The notes under the pieces are model-generated. The model saw only the letters and a program-made list of their open reading frames with translations. It was not told where the DNA came from and did not search any database. Positions 62,523-64,000 of a stretch of DNA of 64,000 bases are shown here, piece by piece (the stretch's first letter is position 1; each line of letters starts with the position of its first letter). Origin of the DNA: Azolla caroliniana (Eukaryota; Plantae; Polypodiophyta); NCBI GenBank assembly GCA_043228905.1, contig JBHGNT010000011.1:14260001-14324000 (forward strand). Reading direction: 5' to 3'. Made by a program: the position numbers and the translations under genes.

Positions 62523-64000
62523 TTAGCAAGGCCGGCATAACGCACCTATCCAGAGCCGGCTACATCCCCAAGCTCTCCTTCTCGGATCACCAATTCTGCG
62601 AGCATTGCCAGTACAACAAACAGGTAACCACATCACACCCGACATCAACACCAAGAGAATCGAGTCCCTTCGATTTGGTCCACTCGAACGTCTGTGGCCC
62701 GATGCCACATCAGTCTCTCGGCAGTGCTTCGTACTTCGTCAGTTTTATTGACGACTCGACTCGGAAGGTGTGGGCTTAACCCATCAGAACCAAAGATCAG
62801 GTGTTCTCGATCTTCTCCGAATGGCTTGCAATGGTCGAAAATCAGACCAATCGGAAACGGAAATGTCTTCGAACCGACAATGGAGGAGAATTCAAGTCTG
62901 AAGAATTCGTCAAATTCTGCCGGGAACGCGGCATTCGACGTGAATATACGACACCCTATAGTCCGGAAAAAAACGGAATTGCTAAACACATGAATCGAAC
63001 GATTCAAGAACGCGTAGTATCCATGCTCCAACACTCCGGACTGTCGGATGGCTTCTGTGCGGAGGTTGTACTTATGGCAGTACACATAATAAATATGTCG
63101 CCAAGTAGACCTCTAGGACTTCAAATACCTCAGGAAATAGGGACCGGTAGTAAGCCGAATTATGACAAACTGAGGATCTTCGGTTGCGAGGCGTATGCTC
63201 TCATACCGAAAGACAGCCGCCGAAAACTCGAACCAAGGTCAAGGAAATGTGTTTTTCTTGGATATGGGCCCGATGGCGAGATCAGATACAAACTCTAGGA
63301 CCCCAAGCACAGACAAATCGTCCGAAATTCGAACGTCGTGTTCAACGAGTCGGCTATGCATAAAATGGCCGAAAGGCCTATTGAAGTCCGAAGGGTAATA
63401 TTTTCCAATGGGCCAACCCTTCATGACGGCCCAACCCACAACACGAGATCGGTTTCTCGGGTAACCAACAACTCTCGCACCGAATCCATCGATTCAGCAC
63501 AACTGAATGGCTCGGCTTTAGACCATCCGACATCGACACCCAGTGCGACCAGTTCAGTCATACCTCGCAGATCCGAGAGACTGTTGCAACCTCCAGAGAG
63601 GTACTCTCCCGGAATTTTCTTTACCGACGCCGGCGAACCGACGTCCTACGAAGAAGCATCGGCATCTGCCGACTCAGCCACATGGCATCTAGCGATGGAG
63701 TCGGAAATGCACTCCATTTGGGCAAACAAGACTTGGAACTTAGTCGAATTACCGAAAAATCGATGTGCTCTTCCATGTAAGTGGGTCTATCGACTAAAAG
63801 AGACGTCCGACTCGACCAACCCAAAGTACAAGGCTAGATTAGTTGCGAAGGGATTTCGACAAGAATATGGCGTCGACTTCGACGAAATCTTTTCACTAGT
63901 GGTGAAAATGACGACCCTTCGCTTCATGCTCGGCGTTGTGGCCGCCGACAACTTGGAGTTGATTTAGCTAGATGTAAAAACGGCCTTCCTCCACGGTGAC

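Larger units (their letters stand above)
59755..64000 (+). mobile_element. Copia element C (Tnt1/Tork-like): 5' LTR 59755-60063, PBS, leader, disrupted gag-PR-IN-RT; runs off the window
   Basis: LTR TGTCAA...CCAACA; PBS TGGTATCAGA 60066-60075; gag from ATG 60745 (RFDGSNFNFWK), CNYCKKPGHIKADC, protease LDSGASYHVT, LWHRRLGH, LRTDNGGEF, RIFGCEAY, CVFLGYG, CKWVY...YKARLVAKGF, LDVKTAFLHGD; several stops and a frameshift near 61612. Confidence 0.93.

Overview
AT-rich land-plant nuclear DNA (spliceosomal introns; a fern or other non-angiosperm is my guess, not demonstrable here). Genes: the 3' end of an MS1/MMD1-like PHD-finger gene (+), then four multi-exon minus-strand genes: AIM24-family, cohesin cofactor PDS5, an ABC1K atypical kinase, and cytosolic NAD-dependent glycerol-3-phosphate dehydrogenase. 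Transposons: (i) stacked decayed LINEs in a PDS5 intron sharing a 3' stem-loop signature; (ii) a young full-length Ty3/Gypsy chromovirus (34952-41998, minus, 465-bp LTRs, CATAA TSD) with non-canonical TG...TA ends and a 1.7-kb leader that looks like an intron and holds a regularly spaced array of palindromic repeats; (iii) a five-level nest of LTR elements at 56-64 kb, including a Copia with a ~160-codon charged extension after RNase H and a solo LTR with a dense heat-shock-element array in front of its TATA box. No rRNA, intact tRNA or real CRISPR system seen. All exon boundaries were read by eye and are predictions.
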